DNA of 24,151 nt from the IMG/VR virus record IMGVR_UViG_3300032295_003399, positions 1-24,151 of that record, one strand, 5' to 3'. The translations under genes and the position numbers were made by a program. The notes below the pieces were generated by a model. That model had not been told where the DNA came from. It ran no database searches and was given only the letters and a program-made list of their open reading frames with translations. Every line of letters starts with the position of its first letter. Positions within the stretch are counted from its first letter, which is position 1. This stretch comes from a virus (lineage: Duplodnaviria > Caudoviricetes). Positions 14,162-22,849 of the stretch are shown piece by piece.

Positions 14162-16728
14162 CAACTCAAGCCTTTAAATAAAGATGTGAACTCATCTAGG
14201 AAACCTTGACCGGCTTTTGATTTTGCAGGTAAGTCTTCATCTTCATCAATTGTAAAATAACTTGATTTTGTAGGTGTTTGTGTTGTTGTTTCTTTGTCTT
14301 CACCAAAAAAGTTTTCAATCGTTCCAAGTGATGCAAACGGATCTGAGTAGTCAAGTCCAGTGGCTTTAAATGATTGACTTGTGCCAGCCTTGGTAAGTGC
14401 GGCTTGTTCTGACCTATCAAGGTCAGGGAAAAAGTTTTCGTAAAATTCATCCTCTGTCCCTTGGAACCCAGCAGATTGAAACGTTTTATAAAGCGCAGTT
14501 TCTTCTCCTGTGCTTTTAACGGGTTTGTAATCTTCTTCTCGCTGGATGTAAGTAACACCAAGAAGTTGCTGAGTTGGCTTTTCTTTTTTTTCGTTTAAAA
14601 ATTTAATCTGTTCTCTAATATCTTGGGCTGAACTGGTTCGCAAAGTTTCTGTAATTTGTTTTTTTAAATCAGTAATGTCTCCAGAAAAGTCCTTTAATTT
14701 GTAGTGGCCCAATACTTCTTCCCATGTAGTTTTATCGTTTGGATTCAAACCTTTTAACATCTCATCAGCAAATTCTTCTGGCTTAAGGAATTGACCAAAA
14801 ACTGTTCCTTGCTTTAAAGCTTCTTCTTTAAGTGCCGGAAGAATTTTGCTATAGATTTGATCACTTACTTTTGATGCGTTAAGGATATCATCAGCAGCGT
14901 CGTAGCCCTGCCCTTGTCCTTTAACTTGAAAGTGCATGCGGGCAAATGCGTCTTTGTCGTTGACGTTGACGCCAAATCGATAGGCTTGTGAAGTCCAGTA
15001 CGGATCGCCTCTCTTTGCTGCTTCCCAGTCTGCACCAACAGTAGAAGCTTGATTTACATATTTTTCTTCACGAGCTTTATCTCCAGTTGGGTTGAAATAA
15101 AATGCAGAGTCAAAGTATCGTTCTGGAGTTTGCTTAAGCTGGTCAATGTATTGTTGAGCACGGAGATCAGCAACTAATTTGACAGCACTAAGAATATCCT
15201 GCGTTTGAAATGGGTTCTGCTCTGATTTACCTACATCAATGTATTCAATGAATTCGCCCATTGATTTTGATTCGTTAAATCTTGGAATCAAGTATTGATC
15301 GATAAAGTCTCTGGCAAATTGACCTTGTACTTTTACACGTTCTTCCGCTTCTTCTCGTGTCAAGCCAAGCTCTAGGTCTTCTTGGTATTTGGTTTTTAGT
15401 GTATTATCAAACCATTGCTGCCAATTATAGGTAACTTCGTTGTTAATGCCAGTAATTTTTTGAAGAGATTTTTCTAGTGATTTTTGAGAATCTTTTCCTC
15501 CCATAAAAGAGAGCATTCCGCCAATACCGGTATCACCCATAATTGAATTAGCCAAGTCTTTGTTGATATTGGTAATTTCTCCCAGTGAATCAAAGTTAGA
15601 GAACAGGGCCAGTTCTTGTTCTTTTGCTTTGGCTTTTTTCATTTCAGCAATAGTTTGCTTTAACACATCTTGAGTTAAAGCCCCAAATCGTTTTACGTCG
15701 ACGATTGCTTTTTCGCCAACTGCTTGATTTAATGCGTCTTCCAGTTCAGTGATGCCATAATCAGCATTGATGTTGTACTGAAAAGAAATTGCTTTGTCTT
15801 CAGGACGATCAGACATCCTAAACAAGACGGCAAATTCGTCTTCTTTGTTTGGGTCAAGAAAATATTTTTTACCTAAATCTTTCCAGTAAGTATCACCAGT
15901 TTTTGCTGCTTGCCAGGCGCTTGCAACTTCTGGAACATTTAAAAGTCGTTCCGTTTGTGTATCTGTATCAAGACCTAATTGAATATTGCGCACGTCCTGA
16001 AGATCTTTGTCGGTTGGCTTTTGTTCTACATACTGCTTGGAAGCGGCAAGCTCTTCTGCTTTGTTTCCACGGAAACCAGCGGGCTTCCCTTGATTGGTGT
16101 AATGATTTAAATAAAAACCATTCTCACCATATCGTTGAGTAATATCAACGTTATCATCGGCCACAGCAGCCGCCCATTGTTGAGCAACTTCAGGATTTTG
16201 TTGTTTGTAATAACTTGAATCAAACTCACCAAAGGGAGGTTTAGCTCCAAGGTTGGTATCCCACTGTTGGAGTTTTTCTGTTGTGTAATAAGCTTTGTAA
16301 TAATTTTCAAGAGTTCCTTTTAATGTGTCATCAATACCTTGTATGCCTCTAATAATATTTCTTTGTCCTACATAATCACCCCCCTGGGTAGATGCAGTAA
16401 CTTGTTGAACTTTGTTATAAGCATTATTCTTATTTGTGTTACTTGTATTTAATTCTTGATTTACAGCGCTGAGTTCTTGAATTTTTTTATTCTCTTCTGC
16501 ATTCTTATTGTTGGTGGCTTGATTGGCATTATTTGCTTGAGTGTCAGGAATATCTCGACCTGTTTTAAACCAGCCGGCTCCTCTGTACCACTGCACTTCT
16601 GGCTTGGTAAGATTTGTTGGTAAGTCAGTGGGTAGTAACTTAAGACCGCCACCTTCTACTGTTGGATAATCAGTTTTTTCATATGTAAGATTCCACTTGC
16701 GTGCTGCCGGATCATATAAAAGTCCCAT
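14161..16728 (-). CDS. Large hypothetical protein, probably virion/internal
   Basis: 855 aa, helical, with internally repeated motifs (FDS.[YF]Y..P; W.AAK.GD.YW). Function is inferred from size and context only. Confidence 0.8.
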   Translation of the reverse strand: MGLLYDPAARKWNLTYEKTDYPTVEGGGLKLLPTDLPTNLTKPEVQWYRGAGWFKTGRDIPDTQANNANQATNNKNAEENKKIQELSAVNQELNTSNTNKNNAYNKVQQVTASTQGGDYVGQRNIIRGIQGIDDTLKGTLENYYKAYYTTEKLQQWDTNLGAKPPFGEFDSSYYKQQNPEVAQQWAAAVADDNVDITQRYGENGFYLNHYTNQGKPAGFRGNKAEELAASKQYVEQKPTDKDLQDVRNIQLGLDTDTQTERLLNVPEVASAWQAAKTGDTYWKDLGKKYFLDPNKEDEFAVLFRMSDRPEDKAISFQYNINADYGITELEDALNQAVGEKAIVDVKRFGALTQDVLKQTIAEMKKAKAKEQELALFSNFDSLGEITNINKDLANSIMGDTGIGGMLSFMGGKDSQKSLEKSLQKITGINNEVTYNWQQWFDNTLKTKYQEDLELGLTREEAEERVKVQGQFARDFIDQYLIPRFNESKSMGEFIEYIDVGKSEQNPFQTQDILSAVKLVADLRAQQYIDQLKQTPERYFDSAFYFNPTGDKAREEKYVNQASTVGADWEAAKRGDPYWTSQAYRFGVNVNDKDAFARMHFQVKGQGQGYDAADDILNASKVSDQIYSKILPALKEEALKQGTVFGQFLKPEEFADEMLKGLNPNDKTTWEEVLGHYKLKDFSGDITDLKKQITETLRTSSAQDIREQIKFLNEKKEKPTQQLLGVTYIQREEDYKPVKSTGEETALYKTFQSAGFQGTEDEFYENFFPDLDRSEQAALTKAGTSQSFKATGLDYSDPFASLGTIENFFGEDKETTTQTPTKSSYFTIDEDEDLPAKSKAGQGFLDEFTSLFKGLS

Positions 16729-16729
16729 G

Positions 16730-17092
16730 TCAAACTGCCGGTTTTAACTCTTGTAATGGATAAGAAAAAATGTCAACAACTTCTTGTGACATCCAGGCCT
16801 TGATTCTTTCCATCTTAACCTGAGTAAAGAATTCTTGCTGTTGATACCATTCTTCAACAGCAGTACTTGCTTTGGCGCTATTGCAGCGACGGCATGCAGG
16901 AATCAGATTGTTCCTATTGCTAGAACCGGACTTAAACCTTGGGACAATGTGGTCAAGACTTGTAGCAACGTCTTCGCAATATGCACATTTGTACTCCCAG
17001 AACTCGTAAATAGATTCTCTAAATTTCTTTTTTGCTAACTTTGGAGTTAATTCGACCAGCAGAGCAAGGGGCGCGTGCTCGTCATGGAACAT
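16730..17092 (-). CDS. HNH endonuclease (McrA/HNH_5-like)
   Basis: CAYC....SLDHIVPR.K.G.....NLIPACRRCNSAK signature. TAAAAT at 17115-17120. Confidence 0.92.
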   Translation of the reverse strand: MFHDEHAPLALLVELTPKLAKKKFRESIYEFWEYKCAYCEDVATSLDHIVPRFKSGSSNRNNLIPACRRCNSAKASTAVEEWYQQQEFFTQVKMERIKAWMSQEVVDIFSYPLQELKPAV

Positions 17093-17165
17093 ACTCTTTA
17101 GTTGCTGTTAATATATTTTAAGATTCCTAAGCCAACTTGAAATTTTAAAGTTTTGTAAAGGTCGC

Positions 17166-17193
17166 TTGACATGCTCTAATGGCAGGGTAGGGT
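17166..17193 (+). promoter_or_regulatory. Sigma70-type promoter with consensus -35
   Basis: TTGACA (17166-17171), 16-nt spacer, TAGGGT (17188-17193), 25 nt before ATG 17219. Confidence 0.6.
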
Positions 17194-17218
17194 ATATCTG
17201 AACACATCTTTGTTCTTC

Positions 17219-17491
17219 ATGGCGGCTACAACTGGCTGGGTTTCAGCCAACAAAGCATGCGAGTCCCTGGGACTTGATAAGAAAACGCTTTTCAAGATGC
17301 GCGACGATGGGACCCTTCGCCTGGGTCCCCATTATGCCGCATTTAACAATACGTTTTCACGAGACTCGTATCGTTGGCACGTTGCTAGCGTGCGCAAGGA
17401 ATTAAGGAAGAAGGGGATTCCTTTTGCCGATCCGCTTTCTTTGGAGAATACAGAGACTTCCTCAACTGATACGCAAGTTGAAGATCAGTGA
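17219..17491 (+). CDS. Excisionase/AlpA-like winged HTH protein
   Basis: WVSANKACESLGLDKKTLFKMRDDGTLRLGPHY...YRWHV. ATG 17219 is preferred over TTG 17210. Confidence 0.75.
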   Translation: MAATTGWVSANKACESLGLDKKTLFKMRDDGTLRLGPHYAAFNNTFSRDSYRWHVASVRKELRKKGIPFADPLSLENTETSSTDTQVEDQ

Positions 17492-17822
17492 TGTTTAATG
17501 AAACTTTTTGAGTTTCAATTGCATTACCGAGTTTAATTTTAATCTTATCAAAGCAGTCTTCAAGATTTGAGGGCTGCTTTTCTTTTAGTTGAAATAAGAC
17601 AAGCCACTGTGGATGTAATGGTTTAATCTTCTTTTTCTTTGTAAGAAGAACAATTGTGTTGTCTGAGTTCCAGGTAAAACTCTTTAATTCTTTTGGATGT
17701 ACACCATAAGTTGCTGCCATGCCAAAGAGCCAGGCTGCAGCACCAAAACTTTTGATCCTAGATAGCTGAAAGTAATCGTCTACGATCGCCTGATCGGGCG
17801 GAGGGGGATGGATAGGTTTCAT
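17385..17822 (-). CDS. Degenerate tyrosine-recombinase catalytic-domain protein (likely inactive)
   Basis: WLFGMAATYGVHPKEL, PLHPQWLVLFQL and DLQLAYQLR parallel cyanobacterial integrase motifs W.YGM.ATYGLRPHE, PL.PEWV..FNL and DLRHAYA.R (recalled). Confidence 0.7.
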   Translation of the reverse strand: MKPIHPPPPDQAIVDDYFQLSRIKSFGAAAWLFGMAATYGVHPKELKSFTWNSDNTIVLLTKKKKIKPLHPQWLVLFQLKEKQPSNLEDCFDKIKIKLGNAIETQKVSLNITDLQLAYQLRKSLYSPKKADRQKESPSSLIPCAR

Positions 17823-17891
17823 TGGTCTCTGGCGTTTAGGCCAACTAAACCTTAAACCTTACCAGGCCCAGGGACGCATTAATGTGGAAAT

Positions 17892-17921
17892 CTTGTTGAG
17901 TCTTAATAGACTCAATACAAG
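17892..17921. terminator. Intergenic stem-loop, possible terminator or operator
   Basis: TTGAGTCT-TAAT-AGACTCAA with flanking CTTG/CAAG, just after the stop of 17928..19454. No clear U tract. Confidence 0.5.
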
Positions 17922-17927
17922 TATACA

Positions 17928-19454
17928 CTAATCCAACATTGTAAAGTTTTCTATCAATATTTTGTCTGTCGCAATGTTGAACAGCTTTTGAATTACGGGA
18001 TAAAGAATTGGCGACTGAGCGTTATAAGGTGGTACATCCATAACAGAAAGAGAACGCACTGTTTTAAAGTATTCTCTGTCTTTTTGAATTTTGATTTCAG
18101 TTTGTTTTACAAGCTTTTGTTCCCATTCAACCATGCCTGTAATGCCTACAGGAAAGTCAGATGGTTCAGGAGGGAATAGCTTATCTCTAAACTTAAGAGC
18201 ATAAATGTGTTTGCAATATCTCAACTCATCTAACAAAGGAGTCCAGTTATCTGAAATGGTAAGAATAATGTCTTGAGGAATTGAGTTCCCATCGGTTGAT
18301 AACGAGAACGTACTGTAATCGTCATAGCCAGGCATGCCTTCTGCCGTGGAACCAGGGATGGAGATGTTAGGTGTGCTTCTTTTGTAGATCGCACCAAACT
18401 CTCTGTAGACGCCAGGATTGTCACGTGTTGCCCTTATATCCGTATTTGATGCATCGGTAACGGTGTAATCTAATTCAAAACCTTCGGGTGCGTACACATC
18501 CAAGCTGCGATTGACACCTGGAGCTGTCATTGCACTGTTGTTGACAACCCCATCTACTTGCGTAACTTCAAAGCGACCAGGCTTAATAGCGGATACGTTT
18601 GTTCTTGGGAAAAACTTTTTAGTTGTATTTGCTCCTCCCATTACAAACGAATAATCCCTATGCGTAAAATCTTGACAAGTGCACGCATATCTTGATCCTG
18701 TAATCAGGAATCTGCCGGGGGTGAAGCCAACAGGAGAAGGAGAGATGAATTGTTTATCTGGTGATACGTAAACAGAGCCTGCTTTTTTAAATGTCAGAAC
18801 ACCCGTATCTTGATTGATTGCAACAACAACAGCTTGAACATATCCATATCGAGTTTGAGTCTGCGGATTAATTGTGTCACTAGTAATAATTTGTCCGTCT
18901 TCAACAAGGACTCGGTCTTCAAAAATTTCTGTATTTGCAGGTTTTAAGCCATTGGGTTGCCCTGGAACTGAAATATAGAATGGTGCGGGAAGTGGATTAA
19001 CAGAACTCCAGGTTCCCGTTAATTTGACATACCAGTAGAAAGGATCTTCTGTAACACTTTCAACAGATAGCTTTTGAGTGCTAACTGGATCTGTTAATTG
19101 ATCTGTGCGTACAGAACCTGCATAACGCCAAATAGCCCAGTGCATACCAAGCTCTTTGTTGCTTGTTGGAAAACCAACAAATGCACCAGAGATTACAGTA
19201 TTTGGATTCCCGGTACTTGCACTATCTGGCGTTTCGTATCTGAACGAGAACGTATATTCATTGCTATATGTATAAGCATTAGCAAGTTCATATCCTTTCC
19301 TCCATCTTGACCAAGCTGATTCCCTATTGGCAGCGTAGATTGAATCTGGGACGCTGCCCTTAGAGAATTCTGTTGTGATTGGTTTGATGACGTTAGGGTT
19401 AAATGGCTTTACTTCTTGAAAATTACCAAAGTTATTACCACTTCTTTTGGCCAT
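17928..19454 (-). CDS. Hypothetical protein with split SWIM-type zinc finger
   Basis: 508 aa. YACTCQDF and YCKHIYAL give CxC...CxH. Confidence 0.8.
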   Translation of the reverse strand: MAKRSGNNFGNFQEVKPFNPNVIKPITTEFSKGSVPDSIYAANRESAWSRWRKGYELANAYTYSNEYTFSFRYETPDSASTGNPNTVISGAFVGFPTSNKELGMHWAIWRYAGSVRTDQLTDPVSTQKLSVESVTEDPFYWYVKLTGTWSSVNPLPAPFYISVPGQPNGLKPANTEIFEDRVLVEDGQIITSDTINPQTQTRYGYVQAVVVAINQDTGVLTFKKAGSVYVSPDKQFISPSPVGFTPGRFLITGSRYACTCQDFTHRDYSFVMGGANTTKKFFPRTNVSAIKPGRFEVTQVDGVVNNSAMTAPGVNRSLDVYAPEGFELDYTVTDASNTDIRATRDNPGVYREFGAIYKRSTPNISIPGSTAEGMPGYDDYSTFSLSTDGNSIPQDIILTISDNWTPLLDELRYCKHIYALKFRDKLFPPEPSDFPVGITGMVEWEQKLVKQTEIKIQKDREYFKTVRSLSVMDVPPYNAQSPILYPVIQKLFNIATDKILIENFTMLD

Positions 19455-19457
19455 TTA

Positions 19458-20240
19458 TCAGAAGAAACCGCCCTGAGCGATTACGTGTGCACCAGGGTTG
19501 TAACCAGAGATGTTGGGGCCATCCGGGAAAACACCGACGTACAAACGGTCGCCACGCTCTAAGTACACTCCTTTATTGCGAAGAGGAGCAGTGTTGCCCA
19601 AGCCATTGGTATTGCCAGCAGACATGATAGGAGTAGCAAGAGTCGGAAGGACATCCGAACAATCAACCTCCTGCGTGTTAGCCGGAACAGTTTTGGCGCA
19701 CACAACACGGTAGTCCCCAGAGGCGGGGATGGGGTTGGTTGTGCCGCGAGTATGGTACAGCACAAAGGTTACGGCTGGTTGAGTGCCGTAGTTGGTTCCG
19801 TTGTACGTAAAGCCCTGTACGATGCCCCCAGAGTAGTGGATAGCGGTGTTAACGCCCGTCAGTGTGGTTGTACCGGTGTAGGTGTAGTAACCGACGCCAC
19901 TACCCGCTCCGCTGCCTGTGAGGATGCCTGTAGCGGTTACGTTGACGATCTGACCACTAATAAAAGAAACAACCGTTCCAGACGTTGAGGCGCTTACTGT
20001 GTAATCAGCAGCACGATAAAAATCATTACGAACAATCTTGACCGAATCAACGACACCACCGTTGTTATTATCTTCGCTCAACGTTGCGTCCATGTCGACC
20101 AGGATTGCCGGAACCTGACCACCCTGCACAAAGAGGGTATTGTTGGTCGCGCTACCAGCAATCTGAGTAGTTACCCTGACGGCATCATAAAGCGGCCTGT
20201 CAATAAAAACAGGGGACTTGTTTGTGGCGGTCGACGACAT
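19458..20240 (-). CDS. Probable virion structural protein
   Basis: 260 aa, beta-rich T/G/V composition. TATAAT at 20264-20269. Confidence 0.75.
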   Translation of the reverse strand: MSSTATNKSPVFIDRPLYDAVRVTTQIAGSATNNTLFVQGGQVPAILVDMDATLSEDNNNGGVVDSVKIVRNDFYRAADYTVSASTSGTVVSFISGQIVNVTATGILTGSGAGSGVGYYTYTGTTTLTGVNTAIHYSGGIVQGFTYNGTNYGTQPAVTFVLYHTRGTTNPIPASGDYRVVCAKTVPANTQEVDCSDVLPTLATPIMSAGNTNGLGNTAPLRNKGVYLERGDRLYVGVFPDGPNISGYNPGAHVIAQGGFF

Positions 20241-20275
20241 GTAACTGTACCTAGGTTGTTTTTATTATAAATCAA

Positions 20276-20545
20276 TTAGACACCCATGGCCGTGTATTGA
20301 GCCATGCTAAAAGGCTCACTAGGCATCTTTGCAGTTGAACTGAATAAGCGTTCGGGATTAGATTGAAGATTTAAAAAAGTTTGAAACAATTCTCCAACAT
20401 CTGATTTGGGTTGGAATTTAAATTGTTTTTTCCTAATGTAATCTGAGACTTGCTGCGGGTACTGACGATATTCATCTAAGCCCGCAAATCTGGCATCACT
20501 TGGAAGATAAGAATCGGAATCAACAACTTCAGAAAACCTGGCCAT
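20276..20545 (-). CDS. Hypothetical protein
   Basis: 89-aa ORF with TAATG overlap to the upstream gene. Confidence 0.75.
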   Translation of the reverse strand: MARFSEVVDSDSYLPSDARFAGLDEYRQYPQQVSDYIRKKQFKFQPKSDVGELFQTFLNLQSNPERLFSSTAKMPSEPFSMAQYTAMGV

Positions 20546-21282
20546 TACACGAAATCCTCCTCGTCTCCAGCTCTTAATCGATCCAAGAAACCTTGAAGAT
20601 ACTCATCTGCATTCATATTAACTTCAGGTAAAAAACTTTGTTTTCTTTGAAAATTTGGAATCACTCCCATAATAGTGCGAAGCAAATTGGCGCCAAGTCT
20701 ATTGCCATCTTGAACAGGTGTTGAGGCTACAGGAGCAGTAGGAATGGCACCTGTAGAGGTTCCTGATGCCAGGTTTTTCCACCATTCTTTGGTTGGAGGT
20801 CTTTTTCTTTCATTAAAAAAAGTATTCTCACTTAAATCTGGAGTAGCACCAAGCTCTTTTAATTTTTGTGGAGTTAAAAACCTGCGTTCTCCTTGTACAA
20901 CTGCAGGAATTAAATTAGTTGAATAACTAAGAAGATTTCCTGTATCACGCAAATATCTTGTACTGCGAAAATCAGTGACACCACCAAGCTGTTCTGCTGT
21001 GCGAGAAAGTTCTTGTTGGCCTTCTGGTGTTGAGTAATATGCGCGAGCTTTTTCAATTGATGGATTGGAAGAATTGAATCCACCTTTTTTTAAGACTTCA
21101 TATTGACCTGGATTCAACCAACTACCAGAAGATCCAAACTGAGGATTATAATAGCGATTAAGCATGGACGCAAGCGTGCCAGGCTTTACCCCCTTCACTG
21201 GATCTCTTGATTCTCGAGAACCAACGTCCAGAAGCTTGTTTAAAAACGAAGGAGAAACTCCAAAAAGAGGTTGGGGAGCCAT
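20545..21282 (-). CDS. SleB/Hydrolase_2-like cell wall hydrolase, probably virion-associated
   Basis: RESRD...ASMLNRYYNPQF...PGQYE...GGVTDFRS parallels EARGE..V.LNR...P.F..QF..GA..F. AAGGA SD upstream. Confidence 0.6.
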   Translation of the reverse strand: MAPQPLFGVSPSFLNKLLDVGSRESRDPVKGVKPGTLASMLNRYYNPQFGSSGSWLNPGQYEVLKKGGFNSSNPSIEKARAYYSTPEGQQELSRTAEQLGGVTDFRSTRYLRDTGNLLSYSTNLIPAVVQGERRFLTPQKLKELGATPDLSENTFFNERKRPPTKEWWKNLASGTSTGAIPTAPVASTPVQDGNRLGANLLRTIMGVIPNFQRKQSFLPEVNMNADEYLQGFLDRLRAGDEEDFV

Positions 21283-21295
21283 TTCAATTGTTTCC

Positions 21296-21412
21296 TTATT
21301 CTCCTACCCAATTTGAATTTGCCTTAAGTCCAGGGACGAATACTGCTTGAAGAGCCACAACTAAACTCAGTTTGGCAGTGAGACGACGAAGGAAATTGCG
21401 GCAAAGAATCAT
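21296..21412 (-). CDS. 38-aa signal-peptide-like ORF (putative secreted peptide precursor)
   Basis: MILCRNFLRRLTAKLSLVVALQAVFVPGLKA-NSNWVGE: basic n-region, hydrophobic h-region, P-G-L-K-A c-region. It is the C-terminal part of ORF-track 21296..21481. Confidence 0.6.
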   Translation of the reverse strand: MILCRNFLRRLTAKLSLVVALQAVFVPGLKANSNWVGE

Positions 21413-21413
21413 T

Positions 21414-21520
21414 GGGCTATTGCAAGGACACTGGTTTCCGTAGATCAAATGATCTGTTACCCAGCAGGTGGACTTACCCACAGATGTGGCGCCAAGTAAC
21501 CCTAGTTTACCAAAGGGTTA
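21414..21520 (-). promoter_or_regulatory. Extended -10 (TGG-TAAACT) plus structured leader of about 85-90 nt
   Basis: TAAACT at 21504-21509. Hairpins ACTTG-GCG-CCAC-ATCT-GTGG-G-TAAGT and GCTGG-GTAAC-AGATC-ATTT-GATCT-ACGGAAA-CCAGT. Confidence 0.55.
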
Positions 21521-22348
21521 TTTTAGGCGTCCTTCAAACGCACGTTTAAGTAACGCAAGTTGCGTCTGAGTCAAATTCTCAGAAGAAGGAACATCAAATC
21601 CTTGCTTGAAAACGTTCTCTCCAATCATTGAAGGAGGGGCTTGCCCTGGTACGCTAACGCCAAGTTGTTGCGCATTTGCACCCATGCCAAAGGCATTCAT
21701 GTTACCGGCTTGTGCTGAACCAGGGAACTGCACTCCACCAGGGGCACCGACTTGTTCACTGGCTTGCTGATACGTGGTTTGCGTAATGCCAGGGATATCT
21801 TTACCAAATACCTGAGTTCCGGACATTGCCGCAGATGTCTGGTAACCCACTTGTCCAGGCCTTACTTGTTTTGCAAGCGTGGGATTAGTAGTTGCCCAGA
21901 TCTGAAGACCAATCCGTTCTTTATCTTCGGGACTTGCTGCGTTATATGCTTTACTTAACTCGGCTACTTGATATTTTTTAACAAGAGGATCTTGTTCTGT
22001 AAGTTGAGCAATGCGAGAACGTTCTTGTGTTTCAGCGCGTTCTGCTAAATTTTGAAAAGCAGTTTCTGCTGCTCCAAAAGTAGAAGGAGTATTCACTGGT
22101 GGATTAAAAACAGAAGCGGGAGGATTAATTGCTCTGCCTGTTTTAAAATCATATTGAATTCCGTTGACTGTATAATTCTGTCCTTCTTTGGCTAATCCTG
22201 CCGACATTCTTTTCCTGTCGTCACGTGTAGGGATAAGGCCTGCATTTCCCAGGATTTGCTGGACTTTGTCGGCTCCGTACAGCAATCCACTTAAGCCTGT
22301 CGCTTGACTTCCTAAACCACCAAATTTGCTGAGTATTGATAAATCCAT
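21518..22348 (-). CDS. Hypothetical Gly/Ala/Gln-rich protein, possible internal virion/ejection protein
   Basis: 276 aa, TAATG coupling to the upstream gene. Function is inferred from composition and context. Confidence 0.75.
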   Translation of the reverse strand: MDLSILSKFGGLGSQATGLSGLLYGADKVQQILGNAGLIPTRDDRKRMSAGLAKEGQNYTVNGIQYDFKTGRAINPPASVFNPPVNTPSTFGAAETAFQNLAERAETQERSRIAQLTEQDPLVKKYQVAELSKAYNAASPEDKERIGLQIWATTNPTLAKQVRPGQVGYQTSAAMSGTQVFGKDIPGITQTTYQQASEQVGAPGGVQFPGSAQAGNMNAFGMGANAQQLGVSVPGQAPPSMIGENVFKQGFDVPSSENLTQTQLALLKRAFEGRLK

Positions 22349-22809
22349 TACCTCAAAGCCTCGTGTAAATAAATGCGTGATCCAACAGCAGTATCAGCAG
22401 GGCCTGGAAGTGCTTGAATAAATTCAGCACCAGACCTTTCGTAACGATAACGAGCTTGAAAAGGATCCTTGTAGTTGGGCACATAAAGAATATGTGCTAA
22501 ACGATTTGTTTCGTACAAATAAATTTCGTCCCAGACCTTTAATGCTTCTCTGGCATTACTGGAACGAATTGTACGATCAACGTCGCCAACAATATTCTCA
22601 ACGCGGGTGGAAGGCGTTAGTGCAACTTCAGTTTTCTTTTCGGCCGTATCACAACGACCAATCTGAATAATGATCTTGTCGTAAAAGTAAGAGTCCGGAA
22701 CAGTGTTAAGTGATTCCTCTAAACGAGCGTAGTCACCAGCAGGAACCGACACCACATAGTAACCTAAGTGGTACCGAACTCTACTCTTATCAAAATCACT
22801 GAGCTGCAC
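22348..22809 (-). CDS. Conserved phage protein, possible head-tail adaptor
   Basis: 153 aa, GTG start, DKSRVRYHLGY N-terminal helix, TATAAT at 22833-22838. The functional call is weak. Confidence 0.7.
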   Translation of the reverse strand: MQLSDFDKSRVRYHLGYYVVSVPAGDYARLEESLNTVPDSYFYDKIIIQIGRCDTAEKKTEVALTPSTRVENIVGDVDRTIRSSNAREALKVWDEIYLYETNRLAHILYVPNYKDPFQARYRYERSGAEFIQALPGPADTAVGSRIYLHEALR

Positions 22810-22849
22810 AGCTTGCGCCCTATTTAATCTTCATTATAAATTGAAGTAA

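Noticed and set aside
21430-21470. Known riboswitch (c-di-GMP-I or glutamine/glnA) suggested by hairpin + ACGGAAA
   Set aside because: The GNRA loop with receptor stem is missing, as are the CGUU...AACG closing helix and GGAAGUA. Kept only as an unknown structured leader.
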